From positions 32,001 to 96,000 of the forward strand of contig JASFYR010000019.1 of assembly GCA_045047115.1 (NCBI GenBank): DNA of 64,000 nt, given 5' to 3'. Source of the stretch: Sulfurospirillum sp. GTDB lineage: Bacteria; Campylobacterota; Campylobacteria; Campylobacterales; Sulfurospirillaceae. The notes below the pieces were generated by a model. It did not search any database. It was given only the letters and a program-made list of their open reading frames with translations, and was not told the origin of the DNA. Shown here in pieces: positions 1-10,709 of the stretch. Position numbers and translations under genes: made by a program. Positions within the stretch are counted from its first letter, which is position 1. Every line of letters begins with the position of its first letter.

Positions 1-2
1 AC

Positions 3-419
3 TCATCTAAAATAAGAGAATTCATAAAAAACGGAGAGATTAAGAAAGCCAACACTTTTTTAGGCAGAGAGTATAGCATAGTCGGTAAAGTCATAAAAGG
101 GCAGGGTTTAGGAAAAAAAGAGCTTTTTCCTACACTCAATATTGAAATTCAAAAATATATCATGCCTAAAAACGGTGTTTATGCCACAAGAGTTTTGATA
201 GAGGACAAACTGTACGATTCTGTGACATTTATAGGTATAAGAGAGAGCACTGATGGAAACTTTGCCTGTGAGACACATGTGATAGACAAGGATATTTCGC
301 AAATTGATGAAGTAGAGATATTTTTCGTTGATTTTATAAGAGAAAACAAAAAATTTGACTCTTTGAGCGAACTAAAAGACGCGATAAAAAAAGATATAAC
401 AGTAAGCACCAATCCATAA
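3..419 (+). CDS. ribF: bifunctional riboflavin kinase/FAD synthetase, C-terminal part (truncated by window edge)
   Basis: Open frame from base 3: SSKIREFI..GQGLGKKELFPTLN..GVYAT..ETHVID..FIRENKKF, riboflavin kinase motifs. Confidence 0.9.
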   Translation, partial: SSKIREFIKNGEIKKANTFLGREYSIVGKVIKGQGLGKKELFPTLNIEIQKYIMPKNGVYATRVLIEDKLYDSVTFIGIRESTDGNFACETHVIDKDISQIDEVEIFFVDFIRENKKFDSLSELKDAIKKDITVSTNP

Positions 420-431
420 AGATTTGCTTGG

Positions 432-1235
432 CTAATACTTTTGTACTGATCTAATTAGTTGTTGTTTTTTGTCTTTATACATCAAGGAGTCTACATTTTT
501 AAAGATTTCTTTAAAATTATTTTTCTCTTTAAAATCAACAATCCCAAAAGAGAAGGTTATATTAAATGTTTTATTCTCATGCTTTAAATTTGTAGCTTCA
601 AGATTTCTTCTTATGGCTTCCAAAAGTTTTGTCAGTTTGTTTTTGTCGTGATTTTCACTGATGAGTATAAACTCGTCCCCCGCAAAACGAATAGCAAAAG
701 TATCCTCAACCTTCCTGAGAAGGGAGCCAATCATTGCTAATACTTTGTCTCCTGTAAGATGTCCATAATTATCATTGACGCTCTTGAAGCTGTCAATATC
801 AACAAAAGCAAAAACTCCGCTGTATTTGAATTTTTCTAAATCAAGATATTTTTCATATAGCCATCTTCTGTTGTATAGGCGGGTCAGTTCGTCTATATAC
901 AGATCTTCTTGAAGGTGTATTATCTTTCTTTCTAGCGATATGACCGCCTCTTCTATCATTTTTAGATCATTATCATTTTTTTCTACGATGGCTGTTCTGG
1001 CTTTTTGAATATTTGTTTTTAAAAGAGTTGTTGATTTTTCAGTCTCGTCTTTCATCTTTTGAATCTTATTCATGGCATATATAAGTGCTTTCTTTTTCTC
1101 TTTTTCATTGATTTTTATACCTAAATCGTTTGCTTTGGTATAGAAAATATCATTATAAATTTCTGGCAACACAATATCTAGTTTGCGAATCTCTTTTATA
1201 GTCTCGTCGGTTAGTTCGTGTAGCTTTTTATTCAT
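432..1235 (-). CDS. coiled-coil + GGDEF diguanylate cyclase
   Basis: DELTRLYNRR, DIDSFKSVNDNYGHLTGD, RFAGDEF motifs. Confidence 0.9.
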   Translation of the reverse strand: MNKKLHELTDETIKEIRKLDIVLPEIYNDIFYTKANDLGIKINEKEKKKALIYAMNKIQKMKDETEKSTTLLKTNIQKARTAIVEKNDNDLKMIEEAVISLERKIIHLQEDLYIDELTRLYNRRWLYEKYLDLEKFKYSGVFAFVDIDSFKSVNDNYGHLTGDKVLAMIGSLLRKVEDTFAIRFAGDEFILISENHDKNKLTKLLEAIRRNLEATNLKHENKTFNITFSFGIVDFKEKNNFKEIFKNVDSLMYKDKKQQLIRSVQKY

Positions 1236-1299
1236 TTTATTCTCTTTTTGGTATAATGTTATATGATTACCCCAAAATTATACCCAAAAAAGATGACAA

Positions 1300-2004
1300 A
1301 TGGATGAAGTTTTTAAGAAACCTATAGAAAAACAGTTTGAATTTGACGAAAAAATAGCTAGTGTTTTTGATGATATGTTAAATCGCTCTATCCCTTTTTA
1401 CGAAGATGTGGTTTCTTTGGTTTGTGACATCATAGCACTACATATAGAGGACAACTCAACTGTGCTAGATCTTGGTTGCTCTACAGCAAATACACTGCTA
1501 GCTTTGCATAGGAGATGCGATTACTCTATAAAAAGTATAGGATTTGATAGTTCAGAGGCTATGCTAGTGCAGGCAAAGAGAAAGATAGATGCATATGGCG
1601 CTGATATAGAGCTGAAGCTTGCAGATATACTGGATGTCAGATTACCAAAAAGTGATGTTGTTATAGCTAACTATATGTTACAGTTTATAAGACCTCTACA
1701 AAGAGAAGAATTTATAAAAAAAATTTATAATTCACTTAAAGATGACGGGATATTTGTCTTTAGTGAAAAAGTTATTTATGAAGATAAAAGATTAAATAAA
1801 AAAATGATTGATATATACTATAATTTTAAAAAGAATCAAGGGTACAGTGAATTTGAAATATCTCAAAAGAGAGAAGCACTAGAAAATGTTCTTGTGCCTT
1901 ATAGTGAAGAAGAAAATAAAAACCTGATTTTAAAATCAGGTTTTAAAAATATAGAAACTATATTTAAATGGGGAAATTTCGTCACTTTTTTAGCTATTAA
2001 ATAG
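1300..2004 (+). CDS. cmoA: carboxy-S-adenosyl-L-methionine synthase
   Basis: FEFDEKIASVFDDMLNRSIPFY, LDLGCSTA, EISQKREALENVL. Confidence 0.92.
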   Translation: MDEVFKKPIEKQFEFDEKIASVFDDMLNRSIPFYEDVVSLVCDIIALHIEDNSTVLDLGCSTANTLLALHRRCDYSIKSIGFDSSEAMLVQAKRKIDAYGADIELKLADILDVRLPKSDVVIANYMLQFIRPLQREEFIKKIYNSLKDDGIFVFSEKVIYEDKRLNKKMIDIYYNFKKNQGYSEFEISQKREALENVLVPYSEEENKNLILKSGFKNIETIFKWGNFVTFLAIK

Positions 2005-2241
2005 TTTAGGCTCTCTTCTTTTTATATGATTTATAACAGTTATAATTTCATCTAGCCCCATTTCGCTATCATCATCTTCATCAAATACTTCATCTATAGC
2101 ATCAAGATAGGCATCCACTGCTTTTTTTAGATTTTCTTTTTTAACTCCGGCGAAAAACAGTGCCGCATTTAGCATATCTGTTAGTTGTATCGCCAACTCC
2201 TCTATCTCTAGCTCAATATCTTGTATATCTTTATCTAGCAT
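1990..2241 (-). CDS. acidic hypothetical protein
   Basis: 83-aa ORF overlapping the stop of the DHH gene, with a GGAG RBS. Confidence 0.7.
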   Translation of the reverse strand: MLDKDIQDIELEIEELAIQLTDMLNAALFFAGVKKENLKKAVDAYLDAIDEVFDEDDDSEMGLDEIITVINHIKRREPKLFNS

Positions 2242-3278
2242 TGTTTGCTCCTGTTTTTTTTTGTTATAACATCTTCTATCTGTTTTTTGATATTTTTATA
2301 TATGAAACTGTCTTTAAAATTTCCAATCAAACCACCGCTTGCATTTGGATGTCCACCCCCGTTTGCCAGATGCACTGCCATTTTACTTACATCCACTTTA
2401 CCATTTGCCCTAAGAGAGATTGTTTTTCTTGATGTGATATCCATAAAAAAATCAAAATCAGGATTTGCTTTCAGAAAGTCGTTTCCGATCACAGAAACAT
2501 TTCCTATATTGTAGGTAAGTATGCCTTTATAGCCCTTGTATTTAATCTGCATTTTATCTCTGTTTTGGCTTAGCATTTTAACATTTTGTTTTGATATTAG
2601 ATTATTGAGTGTATCATCGTTACTTTGCTTAAAAATCTCTTTTTTTATCTTATGTATATTTTCATCAAGTACAATGTGTGGATTTTTCTCATCAAAATAA
2701 GGTTGTATTTTGGTAAGTAGTTCAAACATATATAGACTATTCTCCTTTGGAAACATAATTCTGTTTATCTCTTTTGCTCCGCTTATGAGTCCTAGACAAA
2801 CCTTTCCTAATTCAAACTCTTTTTTATCATCAAGCCAGATATCTACAGCATTTATAACATCTGTAAGTTTGGAAAGTTTTTTATCTTCTTGAAAAATTGA
2901 TGAAAAAAAGTCATAAGCTATTTTAGTAGCACATCTACTGTCATCAAGATAATACCATTCAAAGTCATTTGCACAATTCTGCCCTGATTTGTGGTGGTCT
3001 AAAAGCAAAAGCATTATTTTTTCACCTGCAATTTTCACTCTTGAATCAAAATCCTTTGCTTGTTCCGGTGTTAAGTTGAGATCTGTTACAAGTATGATAT
3101 TTTTTTCATAGCCATCACTGTTTATATCATTGAAAATTTCTTCAAACCTTTCGTTTATCTCTTTACCATAGTTTGAATTATAAAATTTTATATTATCAAA
3201 ATATTTGTTTGTGACCATTTGGCATCCATATCCATCTAGATCAGTATGCGATAAATGGTACACTTTGTAATTGTTCAT
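2235..3278 (-). CDS. DHH/DHHA1 family phosphoesterase
   Basis: SHTDLDG, LLDHH, GGGHPNASG motifs. Confidence 0.9.
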   Translation of the reverse strand: MNNYKVYHLSHTDLDGYGCQMVTNKYFDNIKFYNSNYGKEINERFEEIFNDINSDGYEKNIILVTDLNLTPEQAKDFDSRVKIAGEKIMLLLLDHHKSGQNCANDFEWYYLDDSRCATKIAYDFFSSIFQEDKKLSKLTDVINAVDIWLDDKKEFELGKVCLGLISGAKEINRIMFPKENSLYMFELLTKIQPYFDEKNPHIVLDENIHKIKKEIFKQSNDDTLNNLISKQNVKMLSQNRDKMQIKYKGYKGILTYNIGNVSVIGNDFLKANPDFDFFMDITSRKTISLRANGKVDVSKMAVHLANGGGHPNASGGLIGNFKDSFIYKNIKKQIEDVITKKNRSKQC

Positions 3279-3287
3279 TAATTTCCT

Positions 3288-5465
3288 TTACAGATTTTCT
3301 ATTTCAATAGTCCCGACTACTTCAAATTTTGCATTTGTATCAATCTCGGCATGACTCAATACGACAACATCAAGATTAAATTTTTCAAAAATGTCATTTA
3401 AAGATTTTCTTAGAAGCGGATCAACTACTATGATGACCGGTGCGATTCCTTTTTGTAAAACTTTGCTTGCTTCATCACTGACAACTTTCACTAGCTCGTT
3501 AATCTGTCCAATATTTAGAATTAGATCTCTCACTCCTTCTCTGTCGTGAAGTGCATCCAGCATTTTTTGTTCCGTATTTGCATTAAAAGTCAACAGTTTT
3601 ATAAAACCCTCTTCATCTTTGTACATTTTTGTGATTATGCGAGAGAGATGAGATCTCACCTGTTCGGTTATAATCTCAACATTTCTTGTTATTTCGGCAA
3701 CATCACTTATGGTTTCCAAAATAGTCAGCATATCTTTGATTGGTATTTTTTCGTGTAGAAGTGCTTTTAAAACTTTCTGTATAAGTCCTATATTTGCAAC
3801 TTTAAGACAGTCTTCCACAACTACTGGAAAATTGTCTTTTGTTTTATCTACGAGTGACTGTACATCCTGCCTTGTTAAGAGCTCTTCTGAGTATTTTTTG
3901 ATGAGCTCGCTTAAGTGTGTAGATATCACAGTAGCAGGATCAACGATGGTGTATCCTTTTATGATGGCATCCTCTTTCATGTCAGCATTGATCCACAAAG
4001 CATCGAGTCCAAATGCCGGCTCTTTTGTAGCAATGCCTTCTATTTTATCTATGACCAGACCGCTATCCATAGCCAAAAACTTATCGGGATATATATCTCC
4101 ACTGCCTATTTCCGCACCTTTTAGGAGAAGTTGATACTGGTTTGGCTGTAAGTGTAGATTGTCTCTTATTCGAACTTGAGGTATGAGGTAGCCATAATCA
4201 GTAGCTATTTTTCTTCGCATGCTTTTTATTCGATCCAGCAAGTCTCCACCTTGCACAGGGTCGGCTAATTTTATGAGCTGATACCCTAAATCAAGCTCCA
4301 AAATTTCAATTTTCAGTATATCGTTTAGTGCATCTTCTTCCTCTTTTTTTAGCTCTTGAGCTGATTTTTTTTGAGGTTTTGAACTTGGCGCGTCTATTTT
4401 GGCCTCTTTGCTTGTAGTTTGATTTGGACTAAAGAAGTTTTTGATAGAAAAATCATCTTGTGCAGCTTTTTTGATAAAGTATGACAGTGTAAGAAATATC
4501 ATGCCTACAAATCCAAGTGATATAGTTGGAAGACCGGGTACTAATGCAAACATTATGAGTATTAAGCCAACGATAAAAAGGGTCTTATAGTCGCTAAAAA
4601 GTTGGTTGACTGCTCCTGTGGCAAAATTTTCATCATCTTTGTTTGCTCTTGTGATGATTATACCTGTTGCTGTAGAGATTATCAAGGCCGGTAGTTGAGA
4701 TACGAGTCCGTCACCTATAGTTAATATAGTATATGTTTTTGCACTGGTAGCAAGATTAAGATCGTATTGAAATGCACCTATAAGAAAACCACCAATTATG
4801 TTTATAATCGTGATGATTATACCTGCTACTGCATCACCTTTGACAAATTTGCTAGAACCGTCCATTGCCCCATAAAAACTAGCTTCCTGGATGATGTCTT
4901 CTCTTCTTTCTCTTGCTGTTTTCTCATCAATTAAGCCCGCATTTAGATCTGCATCAATTGCCATCTGCTTGCCAGGCATCGCATCCAGCGTAAAACGGGC
5001 GGCTACTTCTGCAACCCTTGTAGAGCCTTTTGTTATAACCATAAAGTTTATGATAACCAAAATAGAAAAAACTATAACTCCTATGACATAGTTTCCTCCA
5101 ACAACAAACTCACCAAAGCTGGCAATTATATCGCTGACAGCGCTGGGACCCTCATGTCCATGGCTTAAAATCATTCTTGTCGTTGCTACATTTAAAGAGA
5201 GTCTGTATAGTGTTATGACCAGTATCAAAGTGGGAAATGTTGTCAAATCTGTCGGTTTTGGTATATATAATGATATAAGAATAATTAAAACAGAGATAGA
5301 TAAAGATATGGTTAAAAAGAAATCAAGCGCAGCACTGGGTAGAGGTACTATTATAATAGCCAATATTGCAATTATAAAAATTACCATTGTTAAGTCTTTG
5401 GATTTTAGAATAAGCCTTAGTATAAGACCCAGTGGTGCCAAGAGATTTTTGCTGTTTTTTGCCAT
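3288..5465 (-). CDS. flhA: flagellar export apparatus protein FlhA
   Basis: [42 protein letters not shown]-terminal transmembrane helices. Confidence 0.97.
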   Translation of the reverse strand: MAKNSKNLLAPLGLILRLILKSKDLTMVIFIIAILAIIIVPLPSAALDFFLTISLSISVLIILISLYIPKPTDLTTFPTLILVITLYRLSLNVATTRMILSHGHEGPSAVSDIIASFGEFVVGGNYVIGVIVFSILVIINFMVITKGSTRVAEVAARFTLDAMPGKQMAIDADLNAGLIDEKTARERREDIIQEASFYGAMDGSSKFVKGDAVAGIIITIINIIGGFLIGAFQYDLNLATSAKTYTILTIGDGLVSQLPALIISTATGIIITRANKDDENFATGAVNQLFSDYKTLFIVGLILIMFALVPGLPTISLGFVGMIFLTLSYFIKKAAQDDFSIKNFFSPNQTTSKEAKIDAPSSKPQKKSAQELKKEEEDALNDILKIEILELDLGYQLIKLADPVQGGDLLDRIKSMRRKIATDYGYLIPQVRIRDNLHLQPNQYQLLLKGAEIGSGDIYPDKFLAMDSGLVIDKIEGIATKEPAFGLDALWINADMKEDAIIKGYTIVDPATVISTHLSELIKKYSEELLTRQDVQSLVDKTKDNFPVVVEDCLKVANIGLIQKVLKALLHEKIPIKDMLTILETISDVAEITRNVEIITEQVRSHLSRIITKMYKDEEGFIKLLTFNANTEQKMLDALHDREGVRDLILNIGQINELVKVVSDEASKVLQKGIAPVIIVVDPLLRKSLNDIFEKFNLDVVVLSHAEIDTNAKFEVVGTIEIENL

Positions 5466-5469
5466 ATAT

Positions 5470-5874
5470 CTAATTTTCTATCATATCTTTTAATGTAATT
5501 TTATCTAAAAAGAGGTCTATTTTCATTTGTAATTTGACTAAAATCGGCAATATTTTACAAAAATCTTCTTTCCCGCTCGGGCATTTTGCTTCAGGAAGTG
5601 AACATTCAAAAACTTTTGTTGGTTTTTTTTCGGCAGATTCTATAATTTTTTTTAAGCTCAAATCCTCAGGAGGGAATGCAAGTATGAAACCTCCCCTTGT
5701 TCCTTTGAATGATTTGAGAATACCCTCTTTTGCTAATGATTGCAAAATTTTTGCCAAAAAACTTTTGGAGATACCCAATTGGGTTGAGAGAGTATCAACA
5801 TCCTGGGGAGTATCCTTCTCTGAAATCATAATCAATGATAATAGTGCATATTCGCTAGCTTTCGTCAACAGCAT
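5470..5874 (-). CDS. Rrf2 family transcriptional regulator (three C-terminal Cys, probable Fe-S ligands)
   Basis: [27 protein letters not shown]-x6-C-x7-C. Confidence 0.9.
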   Translation of the reverse strand: MLLTKASEYALLSLIMISEKDTPQDVDTLSTQLGISKSFLAKILQSLAKEGILKSFKGTRGGFILAFPPEDLSLKKIIESAEKKPTKVFECSLPEAKCPSGKEDFCKILPILVKLQMKIDLFLDKITLKDMIEN

Positions 5875-6059
5875 TAAATACCTTTATATTAAATAGGATA
5901 AATATTGTACTAAATATAAACTAGATTTTCCTTTAATTTCAAAAAATAATTTCAACTTATTTTTTGAAATTATTAAAAGTTAGACTTATTTACACTTTTT
6001 AGATATAATACGAGCCCTTTTTCCAGGAAAAAGGAAAAATACCAATCAAGGAGGTCATT

Positions 6060-6332
6060 ATGGCTTTAGGTTCGGCGGAAAAATTGGAAATCGTCAACAA
6101 ATTTGGAAGAAAAGAGGGTGATACAGGTTCACCAGAGGTTCAAATAGCACTTTTATCTAAGAGAATTATGGATTTAACAGAGCATTTGAAAATTAACAAA
6201 AAAGACCACTCTTCAAGATTAGGACTTTTAAAATTAGTAGGACAGAGAAAAAGACTTTTAAGATATCTTAAAAAGACTAATTTTGTTAAATACACCCAAG
6301 TTATAAAAGAGTTGTCAATAAGAGACAAATAA
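6060..6332 (+). CDS. rpsO: 30S ribosomal protein S15
   Basis: [33 protein letters not shown]. Confidence 0.98.
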   Translation: MALGSAEKLEIVNKFGRKEGDTGSPEVQIALLSKRIMDLTEHLKINKKDHSSRLGLLKLVGQRKRLLRYLKKTNFVKYTQVIKELSIRDK

Positions 6333-6339
6333 ATCAAAT

Positions 6340-6368
6340 ATAAAGAGTCTGCTTTATAGACTCTTTAT
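6340..6368 (+). terminator. hairpin after rpsO
   Basis: ATAAAGAGTCT-N7-AGACTCTTTAT, 11-bp inverted repeat. Confidence 0.65.
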
Positions 6369-6571
6369 CTCCTTGCTTCCAATACAATTAAATAAAACCA
6401 TACAAATAACCGTATAAAAGTGTTACAAATTGATATATAATTACATTTAAATGCATATAAAATATAGATTTTGTTGTATAAATTAACAGAAATTGAATAT
6501 TTTAGATATAATATTTGATATTTTATCACTATTTAGGTGTAATTAATTTTGTCTTGGTTAAAATAAACTCT

Positions 6572-6826
6572 ATGAAAACTAATGACATTTTTAATCTCCT
6601 TCATAATGCAGTAGAATCAAAATTTTTTGGTAAAAAAATAAGCCAAAGAGAGATGGCCCAAAGACTTGGTATATCTATGAGAACATATCAGGACTGGAGG
6701 CTGGGTAATTCTAATCCGCAGGCTGCCATAGCTATCTTTAAAATGTTAAGTGAGCTTGAGGATGAAGAGGTTTTGCGTATAACAAAACGAATCCGTTTGA
6801 GATTAAAGGAGGATTTGGATGAGTAA
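6572..6826 (+). CDS. XRE-family helix-turn-helix protein
   Basis: ISQREMAQRLGISMRTYQDWRLGNSNP; ATG at 6572 preferred over TTG at 6515. Confidence 0.85.
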   Translation: MKTNDIFNLLHNAVESKFFGKKISQREMAQRLGISMRTYQDWRLGNSNPQAAIAIFKMLSELEDEEVLRITKRIRLRLKEDLDE

Positions 6827-6992
6827 TTTGACAAAAAATGAAAAACAGGCACTTAATGACCTGTTTGCCTCTCTGAAAGAGAAAAGAAACTCGCTCGAAC
6901 ATGTCAAAAACAGTAAAAGAACTCTTGTCTTTGTTTTTGGTTTTCTCTTTAAATTTAAAAAAGCTGCTTCTAGTCTGCGTAATCACTCTTGA
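6819..6992 (+). CDS. small hypothetical protein (57 aa), not in ORF track
   Basis: AAGGAGG RBS; ATG overlaps end of XRE gene; MSNLTKNEKQALNDLFASLKEKRNSLEHVKNSKRTLVFVFGFLFKFKKAASSLRNHS. Confidence 0.65.
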   Translation: MSNLTKNEKQALNDLFASLKEKRNSLEHVKNSKRTLVFVFGFLFKFKKAASSLRNHS

Positions 6993-7095
6993 TTTAGAAT
7001 TTTCAGTTTATTTCCCCACTGACTAATAGTGTAATAAAATCTTCATATTTGTGCTTCTTGTTTCATTTTCTATATAAAATTATCTACTAAATTAA

Positions 7096-7116
7096 CTTTA
7101 GTCTACTAGACTCAAG
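7096..7116. promoter_or_regulatory. HAIR-like (HspR) operator
   Basis: CTTTAGT-N7-ACTCAAG vs consensus CTTGAGT-N7-ACTCAAG. Confidence 0.8.
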
Positions 7117-7124
7117 AATATTAC

Positions 7125-7154
7125 TTGACAAAACATCACTCAATGTTGTATAAT
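7125..7154 (+). promoter_or_regulatory. sigma70 promoter of hrcA-grpE-dnaK
   Basis: TTGACA (7125)-N18-TATAAT (7149). Confidence 0.8.
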
Positions 7155-7158
7155 TCCA

Positions 7159-7185
7159 TCAGCAATTAAAAGATAAGAGTGCTAA
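7159..7185. promoter_or_regulatory. CIRCE-like (HrcA) operator
   Basis: TCAGCAATT-N9-GAGTGCTAA vs TTAGCACTC-N9-GAGTGCTAA. Confidence 0.8.
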
Positions 7186-7210
7186 TCAACCAATTAGGAA
7201 GTTAAATTAG

Positions 7211-8008
7211 ATGAAGTTGTCTAAGAGAGAGATAATTTTAGAGTCAATTATAAAAGAGTACTTGAAGTCAAAAAACCCTATAGGTTCAAGTGAACTTCAA
7301 GAAAGAATGATGCTAGATATTTCTCCCTCAACTATAAGAATTTACTTCAAAAAACTCTCGCAAGAGGGTTCGTTGGTGCAGTTGCATGTCAGTAGCGGAA
7401 GAATTCCAACTCATAGAGCACTTAGGAATTATTGGGTGAGTAAGATAGAGCCCGAGAAGCCTATAGAGATTGATGATATACAGGGGATTCAAAACGCCAT
7501 AAGAGATTATGGTTTGTATTGTATCTTGAAAAAAACTAAAAACTCTATATTTAATGAGTTGATGAGTGTTGGTAAACGCTTTTTGATATTGGTGTTTGAT
7601 GATGAGGAAATTGTTATCAAATATCATCCAAAGATTGAGATTTTTTTAAATGACTTCATAGGTTACAGTATGAAAGATTTGAAGAAAATTGCAAGTTCTG
7701 TCGGTTTATTTGAGTTATATAGTAAGCTAAACAGCGTTCTTTTGCAAGATGCTTTACTAAAAGAAGGTGTAAATGAGCTGTATGATATAGCTCAAGAGTT
7801 AAACGATGAGACATTTATACAAAGAGTTGTTGAGCCAAATTTTTTGGATTCGCTTGGTATTGGTGTCTATTTTGATGATTTTGTACCAAGAGGATGTATG
7901 GCGGTAAAACATAATGCAGTGATTAATGAAGAGTCTCTGCAAATGTTTTGCTTAGGCAGGTTAGACAGTGACTTTGAAAGCTTTTTTAAAAGGAGTAAAA
8001 ATGAGTAA
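7211..8008 (+). CDS. hrcA: heat-inducible transcription repressor HrcA
   Basis: ILESIIKEYL..PIGS..SPSTIR..QLHVSSGRIPT; upstream of grpE-dnaK. Confidence 0.93.
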   Translation: MKLSKREIILESIIKEYLKSKNPIGSSELQERMMLDISPSTIRIYFKKLSQEGSLVQLHVSSGRIPTHRALRNYWVSKIEPEKPIEIDDIQGIQNAIRDYGLYCILKKTKNSIFNELMSVGKRFLILVFDDEEIVIKYHPKIEIFLNDFIGYSMKDLKKIASSVGLFELYSKLNSVLLQDALLKEGVNELYDIAQELNDETFIQRVVEPNFLDSLGIGVYFDDFVPRGCMAVKHNAVINEESLQMFCLGRLDSDFESFFKRSKNE

Positions 8009-8549
8009 AGAAAAAGAAAAAGATTTATCAGAGAAATTTGATGAAAAAGATACATTAAGCGAAGCAGAGGAGAACTCGACCAATGTTGACGAGATAGAAG
8101 TGCTGAATCAAAAACTTCAAGAGTGTGAAGATAAGTATCTCAGGATTAATGCGGACTTTGAAAATATAAAAAGAAGAATGGAAAAAGAAAAAGCCGTAGC
8201 TATCAGCTATGCGCACGAACAGTTTGCAAGAGATTTATTGCCTATTATCGACTCGCTTGATATGGCTTTAAATACTTGTAAAAATGATAAGTGCGATGTG
8301 AGTGAAAACCTTTTGGACAAGGTCAAGGAGGGAATTGATTTAACGATAGAGCAATTTAAAAAGACATTTGAAAAACATGGAATTGAATTAGTAGACATAA
8401 ATGAAGGTTTTGATCCAAATTTCCATGAAGCAGTTATGCAGTTAGAAAGTCAGGATAAGGAGTCTGGTGAAATACTTGAAGTATTTCAAAAAGGCTACAA
8501 GATAAAAGACAGAGTGCTTAGACCGGCAATGGTAAGCATAGTTAAATAG
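8001..8549 (+). CDS. grpE: nucleotide exchange factor GrpE
   Basis: ADFENIKRR, FDPNFHEAV, FQKGYKIKDRVLRPAMV; AAGGAG RBS before ATG 8001. Confidence 0.96.
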   Translation: MSKEKEKDLSEKFDEKDTLSEAEENSTNVDEIEVLNQKLQECEDKYLRINADFENIKRRMEKEKAVAISYAHEQFARDLLPIIDSLDMALNTCKNDKCDVSENLLDKVKEGIDLTIEQFKKTFEKHGIELVDINEGFDPNFHEAVMQLESQDKESGEILEVFQKGYKIKDRVLRPAMVSIVK

Positions 8550-8568
8550 AGTCTCTTGGCAAAGCCAA

Positions 8569-8701
8569 AGCTTTAGTAGCGTGTGAATTTTACGGGAATT
8601 CACTTCCTGTAAAAGATGACAGAGCGAAGCTTCTAGCCGATAGGCTTAGCTTTAGTAGCGTGTGAATTTTACGGGAATTCACTTCCTGTAAAAGATGACA
8701 G
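8569..8701. repeat. two identical 54-bp palindrome-containing direct repeats (8569-8622, 8648-8701)
   Basis: AGCTTTAGTAGCGTGTGAATTTTACGGGAATTCACTTCCTGTAAAAGATGACAG x2, 25-bp spacer. Confidence 0.95.
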
Positions 8702-8733
8702 TTAGATAAAAAAATTAATATAAAGGATAAGAA

Positions 8734-10611
8734 ATGGGAAAAGTAATAGGTATAGATTTAGGAACAACAAATTCATGTGTTGCGATTTTTGAGCATGGAG
8801 ACAGTAAAGTTATCCCTAACAAAGAAGGGAAAAATACAACACCGTCAGTTGTAGCATATACTGACAAAGACGAAGTTTTAGTTGGTGATACTGCAAAAAG
8901 ACAAGCAGTTACAAACCCAAAAAGAACCATATATTCAATAAAGAGAATAATGGGTTTAATGTGTGATGAAGATAAAGCAAAACAGGCAAAAGATAGATTG
9001 CCTTATGAGATAGTTGATAGAAATGGAGCCTGTGCTATAGAAATAGATGGAAAAGTCTATACACCACAAGAGATAAGTGCAAAAGTTTTAATGAAGTTAA
9101 AAGAAGATGCAGAGGCATTTTTGGGTGAAGATGTGACTGATGCTGTTATAACAGTGCCGGCATACTTTAATGACTCTCAAAGAAAAGCAACAAAAGAGGC
9201 TGGTGTGATTGCAGGGCTAAATGTTCTTAGAATTATAAATGAGCCTACAAGTGCGGCACTATCTTATGGCTTAGAGAAGAAAAATGCAGAAAAGATTGTA
9301 GTTTATGATTTGGGTGGAGGAACATTTGATGTTACAGTTCTGGAGACAGGTGACAGTGTTGTAGAAGTTCTTTCAACAGGTGGTGATGCCTTCTTGGGTG
9401 GTGATGATTTTGATAACAGACTTATAGATTATCTTGCAGACGAATTTAAAAAAGAAAATGGTATTGATTTAAAAGCTGATGTTATGGCTCTTCAAAGGCT
9501 AAAAGAAGCAGCTGAAAATGCCAAAAAAGAGCTTTCAAGCTCAACCGAAACAGAGGTAAATCTCCCTTTTATCACAGCAGATGCTAGTGGTCCTAAGCAC
9601 TTGGTTAAAAAAATTACAAGAGCAAAATTTGAAGCTCTTATAGAAGATTTGGTTGAAAAAACCATCGTAAAGATAAAAGAAGTTGTAAAAGATTCTGATT
9701 TGGATAAAAATGAGATTAAAGAAATTGTCTTGGTAGGAGGCAGTACCAGAGTTCCACTTGTCCAAGAAAAAGTAAAAGCGTTTTTTGGAAAAGATTTAAA
9801 CAAATCAGTAAACCCTGATGAAGTTGTTGCTATCGGTGCAGCCATACAGGGTGCTGTTATAAAGGGTGATGTTAAAGATGTGCTATTGCTAGATGTTACA
9901 CCATTGAGTCTGGGAATTGAGACTCTTGGTGGAGTAATGACTAAATTGATAGAAAAAGGCACAACTATACCTGTCAAGAAAACACAGATATTTTCAACAG
10001 CAGAAGATAATCAGCCAGCAGTTACTATCCATGCCTTGCAGGGTGAGAGAGAGTTTGCAAAAGATAATAAATCATTGGGACAGTTTAATCTTGAAAATAT
10101 TTCACCTGCTCCAAGAGGTGTGCCTCAAATCGAAGTGGCATTTGATATAGATGCAAATGGTATATTAACAGTAAGTGCTACTGATAAAGCAACAGGAAAA
10201 GCACAAGAGATTAAAATCACAGGTTCAAGCGGACTTGATGAAAATGAGATAGAAAAAATGGTAAAAGATGCAGAGCTTCATAAAGAAGATGATGAGAAAA
10301 GGAAGAAGACAGTAGAAGCCAGAAATCAAGCTGATGCACTTGCTCATCAAACTGAAAAATCTCTTGAAGAGATGGGTGACAAAGTTGATGCCGGAGAAAA
10401 AGCCAAGATAGAAGATGCCCTAAAAGCACTCAAAGATGTTTTGGCTAATGATTCTGCGACAAAAGAGCAGATTGATGAGAAAGTTAAGGCATTGACAGAG
10501 GTAAGTCATAAGTTGGCAGAAGCTATGTATAAAAAAGATGATGCTAAAGGCGCAGAGCCTAAGAAAGACTCTAAAGCAGATGATGAAATTATAGATGCAG
10601 AGGTAGAATAA
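8734..10611 (+). CDS. dnaK: chaperone DnaK
   Basis: [25 protein letters not shown]. Confidence 0.99.
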   Translation: MGKVIGIDLGTTNSCVAIFEHGDSKVIPNKEGKNTTPSVVAYTDKDEVLVGDTAKRQAVTNPKRTIYSIKRIMGLMCDEDKAKQAKDRLPYEIVDRNGACAIEIDGKVYTPQEISAKVLMKLKEDAEAFLGEDVTDAVITVPAYFNDSQRKATKEAGVIAGLNVLRIINEPTSAALSYGLEKKNAEKIVVYDLGGGTFDVTVLETGDSVVEVLSTGGDAFLGGDDFDNRLIDYLADEFKKENGIDLKADVMALQRLKEAAENAKKELSSSTETEVNLPFITADASGPKHLVKKITRAKFEALIEDLVEKTIVKIKEVVKDSDLDKNEIKEIVLVGGSTRVPLVQEKVKAFFGKDLNKSVNPDEVVAIGAAIQGAVIKGDVKDVLLLDVTPLSLGIETLGGVMTKLIEKGTTIPVKKTQIFSTAEDNQPAVTIHALQGEREFAKDNKSLGQFNLENISPAPRGVPQIEVAFDIDANGILTVSATDKATGKAQEIKITGSSGLDENEIEKMVKDAELHKEDDEKRKKTVEARNQADALAHQTEKSLEEMGDKVDAGEKAKIEDALKALKDVLANDSATKEQIDEKVKALTEVSHKLAEAMYKKDDAKGAEPKKDSKADDEIIDAEVE

Positions 10612-10620
10612 TACTGTATA

Positions 10621-10646
10621 GGAGCCAATCCATTTTGATTGGCTCC
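10621..10646 (+). terminator. hairpin after dnaK
   Basis: GGAGCCAATC-N6-GATTGGCTCC. Confidence 0.7.
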
Positions 10647-10709
10647 ACGATTTTAAAAATATTTACTTAGTTTTGATAAAATAATAGAATTTTATCAAAA
10701 GGTGCCTTT

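Noticed and set aside
3288..5465. Virulence T3SS export gate
   Set aside because: Sequence and context (rrf2-flhA next to rpsO; flgH and flgA in the window) indicate flagellar FlhA.
8569..8701. CRISPR array
   Set aside because: Only two units; the 54-bp repeat is longer than its 25-bp spacer; no cas operon in the window.
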